64,000 bases of DNA. Origin: a bacterium. GTDB taxonomy: Bacteria > Patescibacteriota > Minisyncoccia > UBA6257 > 2-01-FULL-56-20. A program made the translations under genes and the position numbers. Positions 16,843-25,672 of the stretch are shown one piece after another. The notes under the pieces are model-generated. The model was not told the DNA's origin. It worked only from the letters and a program-made list of their open reading frames with translations, and ran no database searches. The number at the start of each line of letters is the position of its first letter. The stretch's first letter is position 1. Location of the stretch: the NCBI GenBank assembly GCA_027310625.1, contig DAIDAM010000002.1, positions 65,123 to 129,122 on the forward strand, in the 5' to 3' direction.

Positions 16843-17130
16843 TCATTTCGCGAAGGTCGCGGCCGCGAGCAGTTCGCGGGGCTCCATCTGCCCTCTTTTC
16901 AAAATTTGTGCGACTGCGGCAACCTTCGTTCGGAGCTCCCCGTCAGCATGTTGGTGGAGAATGTCGTTCAGGGCGATTGCGATGTTGTTGAGCGCGTTTT
17001 TCATCGTGTCCTCCATTTCTTTTTCGATTTTTTCCCCGAACTGTAATTCCCTTCTTGTGCTGAGTTCTCCGTGGCTGCTGAAGAGGTACTGAATCTCAGC
17101 CCTTAAGACGTCGCTTATTTCTATCCTCAT
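16843..17130 (-). CDS. Hypothetical small protein
   Basis: 95-aa ORF with its own terminator. Confidence 0.4.
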   Translation of the reverse strand: MRIEISDVLRAEIQYLFSSHGELSTRRELQFGEKIEKEMEDTMKNALNNIAIALNDILHQHADGELRTKVAAVAQILKRGQMEPRELLAAATFAK

Positions 17131-17194
17131 AATGCCGCTCCTTGTGTTGATATGCTTTGGAAAGCGTAAATTTTAAAAAGAAGTGTGTCAATTT

Positions 17195-17224
17195 TTAGCA
17201 AAGAATCGCTCGCGGATATATAAT
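17195..17224 (+). promoter_or_regulatory. Candidate sigma-70-type promoter for cca (-35 TTAGCA, 18-nt spacer, -10 TATAAT)
   Basis: Direct reading; -10 lies 10 nt upstream of the ATG at 17234. Weak -35. Confidence 0.3.
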
Positions 17225-17233
17225 GATTAAAAA

Positions 17234-18868
17234 ATGCGATTCATCATTCCCGAAGAAATATCGGACATTTCAAAAAAGCTCAAGAAAGCCGGTTTCAAGG
17301 TGTACCTCGTCGGCGGGTGCGTTCGCGACCTTTTGACGAACGTAGTGCCGCCCCTTCGGGGCGAGCCTCGCCCTGACGGGCGGGAACCGAAGGACTGGGA
17401 CATAGCGACGGACGCGAAGCCGGATGAGGTGCAGAAAATTTTTCCCGACAGCGTCTACGAAAACGAATTCGGCACCGTTTTGGTGAAACTAAAACCGCTG
17501 ACCGGCGCAGATTTACCCGCCAAAGTTTCCGAAGGAAATTCAGGCGGGCAGGCGCAGAAAAACGCAGACACGTTTCCGCGTCAATCCGCGTCAAGTCCGC
17601 GTCAGTCCGCGCTGAATGTGGTGGAAATCACCACGTTCCGTTCCGAGGGAAAGTACACCGACAAGCGCCATCCCGACGAAGTGAGATTCGCGGAAACGAT
17701 TGAAGAGGATTTGTCGCGCCGCGATTTCACGATCAACGCCATCGCCCTCAACATCGGCGGCGTCGCGCAAAAACTGGTTGACCCGTTCAACGGGCAGGAA
17801 GATTTGAAAAAAGGAATTGTCCGCGCCGTCGGTAATGCCGAAGAAAGATTCAACGAAGACGCATTACGCCTTATCAGAGCGGTACGCTTCGCTTCCGAGC
17901 TTGGATTTTCCGCCGGAGGCGGACCGGTCTCGGGCTGGCAGATTGAGTTCAACACCAGACGCGCGATAGAAAAGTTCGCCGGGCTTTTGGAAGCGATAGC
18001 GAAGGAAAGGATACGCGACGAATTTACGAAGATAATAATGTCCGACGGAGCGGCGGGAGGAATTATTCTTCTTGAAGAGCTCGATTTGCTCCGCTACGTT
18101 TTGCCGGAACTTCGCGAGGGCATCGGCGTCGGCCAAAACAAACATCACATTTACACCGTTTTCGAGCACAACGTGAAATCTTTGGATTACTCGGCGAAGA
18201 AAAATTATTCCCTCGAAGTTCGTCTCGCATCCCTGCTTCACGACCTCGGCAAACCGAAAGCAAAAAGAGGCGAAGGACCGGACTGCACTTTCTACGGACA
18301 CGAAGTCGTCGGCGCCAAAATGGCCGTGAGAGCTTTAGAACGTTTGCGTTTTTCGAAAGACGTAATTGAAAAAGTAGTCCATCTCGTCCGCTACCACATG
18401 TTTTACTACAACGTCGGCGAGGTGAGTGAAGCGGGAGTGCGTCGTTTTATCGCCCGCGTCGGTCCGGAAACCGTTCCGGATTTATTGAAACTTCGCGAAG
18501 CGGACCGCATCGGCTCCGGCGTGCCGAAAGCCGTCCCTTACAAAATGCGCCACCTTCTTTTCATGATTGAAAAGGTTAAAAACGACCCCGTTTCGCCGAA
18601 GATGCTCAAAGTGAAAGGCGACGACGTGATGAAAATTCTCGGAATCGAGCCAGGCCCGCGCGTCGGCTACATACTTTCCGCGCTTCTTGAAGAAGTTCTT
18701 GACGACCCTTCCAAAAACGATTCGCCGCATCTTGAAAGGCGCGTCCGCGAGCTCGGAAAATTGAGCGATTCCGAACTGAACGGAATTTCAAAAAAGGCGA
18801 AAGAAAAAAAGGATGAATTCCAAGCGGGAATTGAAGAAGAAATGAAAAAAAAGTATTATGTCCGCTAA
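17234..18868 (+). CDS. cca: CCA tRNA nucleotidyltransferase / poly(A) polymerase family with HD domain
   Basis: YLVGGCVRDLL head motif and HD domain (LLHDLGK, HE...RYHM). Carries an in-frame insert of about 35 aa ending TFPRQSASSPRQSAL from a mini-element. Confidence 0.85.
   Translation: MRFIIPEEISDISKKLKKAGFKVYLVGGCVRDLLTNVVPPLRGEPRPDGREPKDWDIATDAKPDEVQKIFPDSVYENEFGTVLVKLKPLTGADLPAKVSEGNSGGQAQKNADTFPRQSASSPRQSALNVVEITTFRSEGKYTDKRHPDEVRFAETIEEDLSRRDFTINAIALNIGGVAQKLVDPFNGQEDLKKGIVRAVGNAEERFNEDALRLIRAVRFASELGFSAGGGPVSGWQIEFNTRRAIEKFAGLLEAIAKERIRDEFTKIIMSDGAAGGIILLEELDLLRYVLPELREGIGVGQNKHHIYTVFEHNVKSLDYSAKKNYSLEVRLASLLHDLGKPKAKRGEGPDCTFYGHEVVGAKMAVRALERLRFSKDVIEKVVHLVRYHMFYYNVGEVSEAGVRRFIARVGPETVPDLLKLREADRIGSGVPKAVPYKMRHLLFMIEKVKNDPVSPKMLKVKGDDVMKILGIEPGPRVGYILSALLEEVLDDPSKNDSPHLERRVRELGKLSDSELNGISKKAKEKKDEFQAGIEEEMKKKYYVR
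17552..17611 (+). repeat. Palindromic mini-element copy in frame in cca
   Basis: ggcgcagaaaaacgcagacacg + tttccgcgtcaatccgcgtcaagtccgcgtcagtccgcg. Confidence 0.6.
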
Positions 18869-19730
18869 TATGTTCAAAGACGAGCGCATTTGGAGAACGC
18901 TTGCAAATGTCTGGACGTTTTTCGTCGCCATTTTCATCGTTTTCGATTTCTTTTCTTTTAACAAGTACCACTATTTGGCGTCGATTTTCAGCGTGATTTA
19001 CGCCGCGATTTTGAGCACCTACATAGGCGCCAAAGAATTCAAACGCTGGTCTTCGCATTACGAAGGGCGACATTTTGGGGGATGGTTTGCGATAGGGTGG
19101 ACTGCGCTGATTGTTTTTCTTATTTCGGCAAAACTGATTCTCGGAGGTAAATATTCCGTTTCGCCCGAAGCGCTTGCGGATTACGTATTGGTTATTTCTT
19201 TGTTTGCCCTGACGCAAAGATTGAAGCTCGCGTACGCGAAGAAAAAAGAAGAAAACAACGGAATGAAAATCGCGGAACTTTTCTTCGGTATCGGAAAACT
19301 TTTAAAAATCACGGAAGAGAAATTGAAACGATACCCGATAATATACGCTGTCCTTGGCGCAGTCGGCATAATCCTTTTTTGGCGCGGAATTTGGTATCTT
19401 GCCGATTTTGTTTTTCCGCTTTTCATTAACGGCCAGAGCGCGTCCGCCATGGGTTACATTTATTTTTGGGACGGCTTGCTGTCCACCATAATCGGATTCG
19501 CGTTCCTTCTTGTTACCGGCCTCTTCGTTTCGGATTTTATCGGCTCAACGGTTATAAAGACCGAAGAACTTGTCGAGGAAACGGAAAAAGAAGTTGAAGA
19601 AACCGAAAAAGAGGAAAAAGCGGAAGAAAAGCGGCTGGAGAAAATAGAAAAAAAGTTCGAGGAAGTTACGGGCCATCTGGACGAACACCTGGAAAAAATT
19701 GAGAAAAAACTCAAAAAGAAGAAGAAATGA
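18858..19730 (+). CDS. Integral membrane protein with an acidic coiled-coil C-terminus
   Basis: 4-6 TM helices, then EETEKEVEETEKEEKAEEKRLEKIEKK. Confidence 0.5.
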   Translation: MSANMFKDERIWRTLANVWTFFVAIFIVFDFFSFNKYHYLASIFSVIYAAILSTYIGAKEFKRWSSHYEGRHFGGWFAIGWTALIVFLISAKLILGGKYSVSPEALADYVLVISLFALTQRLKLAYAKKKEENNGMKIAELFFGIGKLLKITEEKLKRYPIIYAVLGAVGIILFWRGIWYLADFVFPLFINGQSASAMGYIYFWDGLLSTIIGFAFLLVTGLFVSDFIGSTVIKTEELVEETEKEVEETEKEEKAEEKRLEKIEKKFEEVTGHLDEHLEKIEKKLKKKKK

Positions 19731-19736
19731 ATTTTG

Positions 19737-19807
19737 TCGGGCTGCCGGGAATCGAACCCGGTCTTTACGCACCCGAAGCGCACGTACTGCCGGTATACTA
19801 CAGCCCG
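19737..19807 (-). tRNA. tRNA-Pro (CGG)
   Basis: Minus-strand CGGGCTG acceptor paired with CAGCCCG, anticodon loop TTCGGGT, T-arm CCGGG-TTCGATT-CCCGG; CCA not encoded. Confidence 0.8.
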
Positions 19808-19863
19808 TCGTTTATAATCTCTAAACAATAATGTAGCCCTTTTCAGCAAACTATTCAACATTA

Positions 19864-20292
19864 ATGGAAAAAGGAAAAGAATCCATCGGGGTCAGCATTG
19901 TTTACTTTTGTCATGACGGAAAAGGAAATTTTTTGATGCATAAGCGCAGTGCGAATGCGCGCGACGAAAACGGCAGATGGGACATCGGCGCGGGTTCGCT
20001 TGAATTCGGAGAAAAAGTCGAGGATACACTAAAAAGAGAAATAAAAGAAGAATACGGAACCGATGTCTTGTCGCACGAATTCCTCGGATTTCGGGATGTG
20101 CACAGGGAAAAAGACGGCAAGCCAACTCACTGGGTGGCGCTTGATTTCAAAGTGTTAGTTGACTCTTCGAAAGTAAAGAACGGCGAACCGCACAAATTTG
20201 ACGAAGTAAAATGGTTTGACCCGAAAAATATTCCTTCGCCTGTCCATTCGCAATTACCTATGTTTTTGGAAAAATATAAAGATAAGTTATAG
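19864..20292 (+). CDS. NUDIX hydrolase
   Basis: Nudix box GAGSLEFGEKVEDTLKREIKEEYG. Confidence 0.8.
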   Translation: MEKGKESIGVSIVYFCHDGKGNFLMHKRSANARDENGRWDIGAGSLEFGEKVEDTLKREIKEEYGTDVLSHEFLGFRDVHREKDGKPTHWVALDFKVLVDSSKVKNGEPHKFDEVKWFDPKNIPSPVHSQLPMFLEKYKDKL

Positions 20293-20445
20293 TATTTCTA
20301 ATGCTTAAAAAAATTCTGATAATAATTTTCGCGATTGTCGTCGTCCTCGGTTTGATGGGGCCGATTTTCGTTTTCAGGTAATATTTACACTCGCGAAGAA
20401 AATCGGTAACATTCGCACTGTCCTGCACCAAAACTGGGCCTGTAG

Positions 20446-20506
20446 TATAGTGGTAATACACCGCATTCGCATTGCGGAGACAGGGATTCGATTTCCCTCA
20501 GGTCCA
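20446..20506 (+). tRNA. tRNA-Ala (CGC)
   Basis: GGGCCTG paired with CAGGTCC with the G3-U70 Ala identity pair, anticodon loop TTCGCAT, T-arm AGGGA-TTCGATT-TCCCT; CCA not encoded. Short span as called. Confidence 0.8.
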
Positions 20507-20512
20507 CTGCCG

Positions 20513-21262
20513 ATGAAACCTTTTCCTGTAAAATACGCGGAAGCGAGAGAAATTTTAAAAGAAACTATTTCCTGCATTCCACCCAAAACGAAAGTTTACG
20601 TTGTCGGCGGTGCGGCAAGAAGCGCTGCATATTTCGATTTGCTTAAAAAATCTTTGCCGCAGAGGGATTTAGATATTTTACTGGTGGGGGATTTGGGAAA
20701 ATTCGTCGAGAACCTGCGGAGACACAGATTCACCTACGGGAAAATACGCAGAAAAAACGATATCGTTCTCAAGAAAAAAATAATACCGTCTCCGGTGTCG
20801 CTGGACGATTACGTTTATTTGGATATTCATAAATCGGTTGAGAGAAACATAAAAAAGAATCTTCAAAATTCCGCGGCTTTTACCATAAGCGGCTTTGCGA
20901 TTCCGCTGAAAAATTACTGTTCCGAATACCGCATGAAACATCTCGTTTCCCTGCCGGGCGCGGTCGGCGATTTGAAAAAGAAACGTCTCCGCCTTAATGG
21001 GAACAGCTACAAAAAACACCCCGGAAATCTTTTCGCCTGTTTGCGATTTATGTCTCTGGGATTTACGCCGCCGGGCAAAAAAGAAGTCAGCCTTTTGTTA
21101 GAGCAACTCAAAAAGATGGAAAAATGGCGCTTTGAGAGGAATGTCAAAAAAGTTTTCAGCTATGTCGGCGGAGAAAGAAAAGCGCGCCGGCTGGTCAAGC
21201 GGCTCGGCATAAAAACCGACATTTTCGACATTGACAGATTGCGGCGCGCCGGTTCCGCATAA
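20513..21262 (+). CDS. Small Pol-beta-superfamily nucleotidyltransferase, CCA/poly(A)-polymerase head-domain-like, without HD domain
   Basis: VYVVGGAARSAAYFDLL...RDLDILLVGD (GG..R and DxD motifs). The ORF-track start at 20450 is inside the tRNA, so the CDS is trimmed to ATG 20513. Confidence 0.5.
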   Translation: MKPFPVKYAEAREILKETISCIPPKTKVYVVGGAARSAAYFDLLKKSLPQRDLDILLVGDLGKFVENLRRHRFTYGKIRRKNDIVLKKKIIPSPVSLDDYVYLDIHKSVERNIKKNLQNSAAFTISGFAIPLKNYCSEYRMKHLVSLPGAVGDLKKKRLRLNGNSYKKHPGNLFACLRFMSLGFTPPGKKEVSLLLEQLKKMEKWRFERNVKKVFSYVGGERKARRLVKRLGIKTDIFDIDRLRRAGSA

Positions 21263-21309
21263 GTCATTCTATTTGTTTATTTCAGCTGATTTTGTATAAT
21301 TAACGGAAT

Positions 21310-21630
21310 ATGGAAAAAGAAAATTTTGGGGAATTTTTGAAAAGCATACCAGAGGATGTGACCCAGCCGCTGGAAAGAAAAAGAGAAAGCGTAGATGAAC
21401 TTCTTGATGAAAGCGATTTACTTTGCAATGAACTGGATATTCTTGAAACCAAGACGGGCGAGGAATCAAAGGAAGCGCAAATTCGTTTGCTGCCGCAAGT
21501 TAAGAAATTGATCGCCGAACTGCAGGCGGCGCAGAGAGAAGAAAAAGAAAAATACGACAAAGAAGGAGTAAAAATTTCTTTAACAAAATTGATTCATAGA
21601 AGGGATAAAATCGAAGCGATGATAAACTGA
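21310..21630 (+). CDS. Hypothetical coiled-coil protein
   Basis: 106-aa charged helical ORF. Confidence 0.4.
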   Translation: MEKENFGEFLKSIPEDVTQPLERKRESVDELLDESDLLCNELDILETKTGEESKEAQIRLLPQVKKLIAELQAAQREEKEKYDKEGVKISLTKLIHRRDKIEAMIN

Positions 21631-21654
21631 AAATCCCGCTCGAGCGGGATTTTC
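21629..21654. terminator. Bidirectional terminator hairpin gaaaatcccgctc/gagcgggattttc
   Basis: Perfect 13-bp palindrome flanked by A-run and T-run, between convergent genes. Confidence 0.65.
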
Positions 21655-21713
21655 AGTTTGCGCGCGTTTGAAAAAAGTGCGCCCGCCGGTGAACCCAGCG
21701 GGCGTTTGCGTGT

Positions 21714-22142
21714 TTACAACTTGTGCAAGAGATGTGGTCCGTGCCTAGTGATGCGATCAATCTTCATTTTCTTTGCTCCGCTGAACTCCTTCAGGTGTTC
21801 AGCTACTCGTTTGGCCTTAGCATTATTGTTGTTAACCCCGCGCTCGCAGAAGTTAACAATGAATTCCACCTTCTTACCTCTTTCGGGCCAAGCATTGATG
21901 ATGAAGTGTGACTCGCCCAAGACAACAACGATTCCCGGGCCGCTTTCTATTTTTTGGCAGCCCTTTTTTTCCTGCGGATACTTGTCAAGGTGAACCTTGA
22001 TAACGCTGAATCCGCTCTTTTGAACAAGTTTCCGCAAGTTGCGCCTGAGGCGAGCTCTTCCTGCACGTGAAGGATACTTGAGAAACAACTCATTCTGGCA
22101 TTCAGCAAGGATGCCAGAATAAATCTTCGATCTGGTTTCCAT
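21714..22142 (-). CDS. speH: S-adenosylmethionine decarboxylase proenzyme (SpeH type)
   Basis: ESHFIINAWPE matches the ESHxxIHTWPE processing-site motif; 142 aa. Confidence 0.75.
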   Translation of the reverse strand: METRSKIYSGILAECQNELFLKYPSRAGRARLRRNLRKLVQKSGFSVIKVHLDKYPQEKKGCQKIESGPGIVVVLGESHFIINAWPERGKKVEFIVNFCERGVNNNNAKAKRVAEHLKEFSGAKKMKIDRITRHGPHLLHKL

Positions 22143-22439
22143 GCCGACCTCCAGTCAAAAAAATTTTTCAAATGGCCTCTTGTTTTGATTCATTATAAAT
22201 TTTTTTCGAACTTGCGCAATTATCCCCGGCTTCCAAAGCAGGTTGTATAAAAATCACGCAAAATAAGGCGAAAAATGCCGCTTTAAGTTTTCCACAATCG
22301 TTTCCTGGAAAGAAAATCGGTGTTGGTATAATAGATGCAGTAAAAATCCTGCGCCTTTCGCCGAGTATTCGACCGTTTTTCGGAAGATGCGGGATAAGGA
22401 TGAAAAGGTCGACACATTATTATTCACTGAAACTAACAA

Positions 22440-23126
22440 ATGATAGCTCAAAATTGGACGGACGTTGTCGTGGCTTCGCTGCAAAGGCTCTGGGACGGAG
22501 TGGCCAGCGTTGTTCCGAGTTTGGTTGGCGCGCTGGTTATAATAATCGTCGGCCTTGTCGTTGCCTACGTTCTCGGCACGCTTGTCGTGGAAAAAATCCT
22601 TGAGGCGCTGAAGTTTGATGCCTTGCTCCAAAAGCTCGGTCTCTCTCCCTATTTTGAAAGAGGGGGATTGCAGATGAAGGGCGCAAGATTCGTCGGACGT
22701 CTCGTTTACTGGTTCGTGGTTATTTCCTTCCTTCTTGCCGCATCCGATGTTTTGGGACTCTACGCGTTCTCAGCTTTCCTTAAGGATGTATTGTTCTACA
22801 TCCCGAATGTCATCGTTGCCGTCCTTATCATGGTGGCCGCGGTGGTTGTCGCCAACTTTGTGAGGAAAGTTGCTTCGGCTTCGGTGATGAGCGCAAAGCT
22901 TCACGCTGCGCACTTCGTCGGTTCCATGGCTTGGTGGGCGATTGTCATCTTCGGCCTTCTGACGGCGCTTGTTCAGCTGAACGTCGCTGTCAGCGTCATC
23001 AATACCGTCATCACCGGTTTCGTTGCCATGCTCGCCCTGGCGGGCGGACTTGCTTTCGGACTCGGTGGAAAGGATTATGCCGCGGCGCTCATCAACCGCC
23101 TGAGAGAAACGACAGGTTCAAGATAG
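22440..23126 (+). CDS. Membrane protein with repeated TM helices (MscS N-terminal / TM-helix-repeat-like)
   Basis: 228 aa, hydrophobic repeats. Confidence 0.4.
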   Translation: MIAQNWTDVVVASLQRLWDGVASVVPSLVGALVIIIVGLVVAYVLGTLVVEKILEALKFDALLQKLGLSPYFERGGLQMKGARFVGRLVYWFVVISFLLAASDVLGLYAFSAFLKDVLFYIPNVIVAVLIMVAAVVVANFVRKVASASVMSAKLHAAHFVGSMAWWAIVIFGLLTALVQLNVAVSVINTVITGFVAMLALAGGLAFGLGGKDYAAALINRLRETTGSR

Positions 23127-23143
23127 GATTTGCCGATATTTAC

Positions 23144-23178
23144 GCAAAACGTCCGCCCAAGGCGGACGTTTTGTTTTT
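23144..23178 (+). terminator. Terminator hairpin gcaaaacgtccgcc-caa-ggcggacgttttg, copy 1
   Basis: 12-bp stem, 3-nt loop, followed by gtttttct. Identical 30-nt copy at 23711-23740. Confidence 0.6.
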
Positions 23179-23208
23179 CTCCGCCATTTAATGTGATAAA
23201 CTTGTTAT

Positions 23209-23442
23209 GTGAATATTATTTTCAGCAATCACGCGTTATTGAAAATAAATCACAGAAATATAAGCAAGGAATATGTACTGAAAGCGGTGAATAATCCCGA
23301 TTTTTCACAACCAAGCCGTAATTTCAGAGAAGAGTTGTATAAAAAGTTCGGCAACAGGTATTTGAAAGTTGTTGTGAAAAGAACCAGAAAAAATATGATT
23401 ATTGTTACCGCTCACTGGATTGCGAAATTCAGAAGTAGTTGA
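23209..23442 (+). CDS. DUF4258-family putative toxin
   Basis: 77 aa; pattern FSNHALLKINHRNISKEYV...VVVKRTRKNMIIVTAHW fits the DUF4258 consensus from memory. Confidence 0.6.
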   Translation: MNIIFSNHALLKINHRNISKEYVLKAVNNPDFSQPSRNFREELYKKFGNRYLKVVVKRTRKNMIIVTAHWIAKFRSS

Positions 23443-23454
23443 TAAAATGAAACC

Positions 23455-23679
23455 ATGAAAATTTCTTACGATAAAGATGTAGATGCGCTTAATGTTTCTC
23501 TCCGAGCCGGGGTGGTGGCTAAAACCGTTGAAATAGCCCCCGAAGTTTTGGTTGATTTGGATAAAAAGGGAAACCCTCTTTATTTAGAGATAATCGGAGC
23601 GAGCGAAAAAATCGGCAAGAAAAATTTCCGGAAAGTTGTCGTAGGCAAAAAATCTATTCCTTTGCCGTCTTTTGCGTAA
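23455..23679 (+). CDS. DUF2283-family putative antitoxin
   Basis: MKISYDKDVDALNVSL...LYLEIIGAS matches the DUF2283 N-terminal consensus from memory; located 12 nt after the toxin. Confidence 0.6.
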   Translation: MKISYDKDVDALNVSLRAGVVAKTVEIAPEVLVDLDKKGNPLYLEIIGASEKIGKKNFRKVVVGKKSIPLPSFA

Positions 23680-23710
23680 TTCGGCGGCGTGAAATTTATC
23701 GCAAAACGTC

Positions 23711-23741
23711 CGCCCAAGGCGGACGTTTTGCTTGTGGAAAA
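23711..23741 (+). terminator. Terminator hairpin copy 2, identical to 23144-23173
   Basis: gcaaaacgtccgcccaaggcggacgttttg repeated verbatim after the toxin-antitoxin pair. Confidence 0.55.
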
Positions 23742-23804
23742 CTTTTTGACAGTTTTGAGGGGGGGGTAATATGAGATTATTAAAACTAATCCTTCTTAAT
23801 TACT

Positions 23805-24950
23805 ATGAGCCAGGAAAAACCGTATCAGCCAACTAGGAAAGAAATAGAAAAGGCAGAGAATATAATTAGTTCTGAGCAAAGGGTAAAATCACAAGAAAGA
23901 ATCCAAGATATCGAGGGTTGGGTGCTCGCGGAGTTAAATGCGCTGACCTCCGAGGAAGACTACAAAGAGCAAGATTCCGAGAAAGCCAAATCCCTTTTAG
24001 GCAGGCTTGGTTTAGAAAAGTTTAGCGAAATTCCTCAGGAAGTTTTTGAGTCACCACGGATTGAGGCTGCAGTAAAAGAATTGCTACCCTCGATATTGGC
24101 AAATGATCCATGGACTTTTATTGACGATTCCTACCTCTTCCAACATTTCTTGAGAAAGTTTGTTACCCCCGAACTCAAACCACAGATGATGGAAGGAGCT
24201 AGAAAGTTGCTACAAAAAAACTATGTCAATTCTTTTGAAGTTACGACCGAGTTTCTCAGGAGTTTTGGAGTCGACGATGAAAAAGAATTTTGGAGGTCGG
24301 CCGATAATAATGCAATGATATCGGATGCTGTAAGTAACCATTTAGAGCATAGCGAGCAAATATTTGGTTATCATTCTCGCGATGGCCGAAGCATGTGGAT
24401 TGGCGGCGTTCATGCCGCGGGTGGATTTAAAGCATACTTAAAAGATCTCGGAGTTTCTGTCGAACCAATTAAAGAGGGCGGCGCAACGTGGATTAAAGAA
24501 ACCTTAAGCGGTAAACGCAATTTATTATTCGGAGGGAAAGAGACCGAACCAACGCAATTGGCTTTTAAGATCGTCGACGTGGTACATGAATTTGAGTTTG
24601 ATGAACCGTCGTTTTTTTCCTCCGAGGAAATCATTTCATCATTAGAGCACTACATTTTTCAATTCGCGAAGGAGCAATTTAGTCGTCGGCTTTTCGAGTT
24701 ACAACCTCCTGAAGATATGCGTGGACGAGGATTCCCACAGGATCAAATAGATCTGGAGAAAACAAGAAGACGCATAAAGCCGCTCGATAAAAAGATAGAA
24801 ATTGCAATAGTCGATCGGCAGTTAGAAGCTTTAATGCGCTATTTTCCTGCACTGTCTGAGGACAGACTAAAAAGTATTTTGGAAAATGCGTTCGAAGTAG
24901 CACTGTCTGATCAACAATCAAGAACGCGCTTTATAGAAATCTCGGATTAG
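23805..24950 (+). CDS. Hypothetical protein of 381 aa, low GC, no recognised domain
   Basis: Long ORF with AT-rich codon usage unlike the core genes. Confidence 0.5.
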   Translation: MSQEKPYQPTRKEIEKAENIISSEQRVKSQERIQDIEGWVLAELNALTSEEDYKEQDSEKAKSLLGRLGLEKFSEIPQEVFESPRIEAAVKELLPSILANDPWTFIDDSYLFQHFLRKFVTPELKPQMMEGARKLLQKNYVNSFEVTTEFLRSFGVDDEKEFWRSADNNAMISDAVSNHLEHSEQIFGYHSRDGRSMWIGGVHAAGGFKAYLKDLGVSVEPIKEGGATWIKETLSGKRNLLFGGKETEPTQLAFKIVDVVHEFEFDEPSFFSSEEIISSLEHYIFQFAKEQFSRRLFELQPPEDMRGRGFPQDQIDLEKTRRRIKPLDKKIEIAIVDRQLEALMRYFPALSEDRLKSILENAFEVALSDQQSRTRFIEISD

Positions 24951-25522
24951 TTTTATTTGAATTACCGCTATTGTTTAGTGGGTATGTATAATGGCGCAAT
25001 TGGTTTCATATCCAGGTTTTTTGAAGAATTAAGAGGGTAAAGCCAGTCATTGTTTATGTGCAAAAGGTTGGGGATTGACATTTTTAGCGTAGCGATTACC
25101 ATAATAACCAACTGATGAACAGCAAAAAAATAACCCACAAAAGAAGCGGCTGAAACCCGATTTTTCGTCGTGCTTTGAAGCCGCTCTTGAAGCGGTTTTT
25201 CATTTTGCGGAGAAGCGAAAGCAGTGACTGCCGATTGAAAATAGCAGTGATAAGCACTGCGTTCGAAGTTCAAATTGTTCGAACCGTTCGAAACGTTAAT
25301 TCAGTTGAACCTCGAACATCGAACCACGAACGCGATGCGAAGCATTGTAATATCAGATTCCCTGCACTGTACTTTTGCGAAAGTGGCGTCCCGCCGCAAT
25401 CGCAATCCAATTTCAACAGTGAGCAGGGAAATATCCAGTGCTTTGCACTGGGAAGCACGAAATTTCAAGCACGAAATCTGAAACTATATTGTTTCAAATT
25501 TCAAATTTGAGATTTCGAATTT

Positions 25523-25566
25523 CCAGCGCAGGGCGCTGGTAGTCAGCATTGGGATAATTGGCATGC
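25523..25566 (+). other. 5' strand of a long rRNA processing stem, complementary to 31378-31421
   Basis: ccagcgcagggcgctggtagtcagcattgggataattggcatgc pairs with gcatgctgattatcccaatgctgactgccagcgctctgcgctgg, about 25 bp perfect plus local palindromes. Confidence 0.55.
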
Positions 25567-25586
25567 TTAACGCTTCGCTTTATGCG

Positions 25587-25672
25587 ATCCGAACATTCCG
25601 AATTTCATCCGAATTACCCGAATATTCGGGACATTCGGATGCATTCGTAGATTCGGATTGCGTAGGCGAATG
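25587..25672. repeat. Palindromic repeat family B (CCGAATATTCGGG...CATTCGGATGCATTCGTAG.TTCGGATTGCG), copy 1, in the 23S leader
   Basis: Near-identical copy at 27955-28040 inside the 23S. Confidence 0.55.

Noticed and set aside
25175-25510. Short ORFs in the rRNA leader
   Set aside because: Noncoding leader with repeat tracts; no coding signal.
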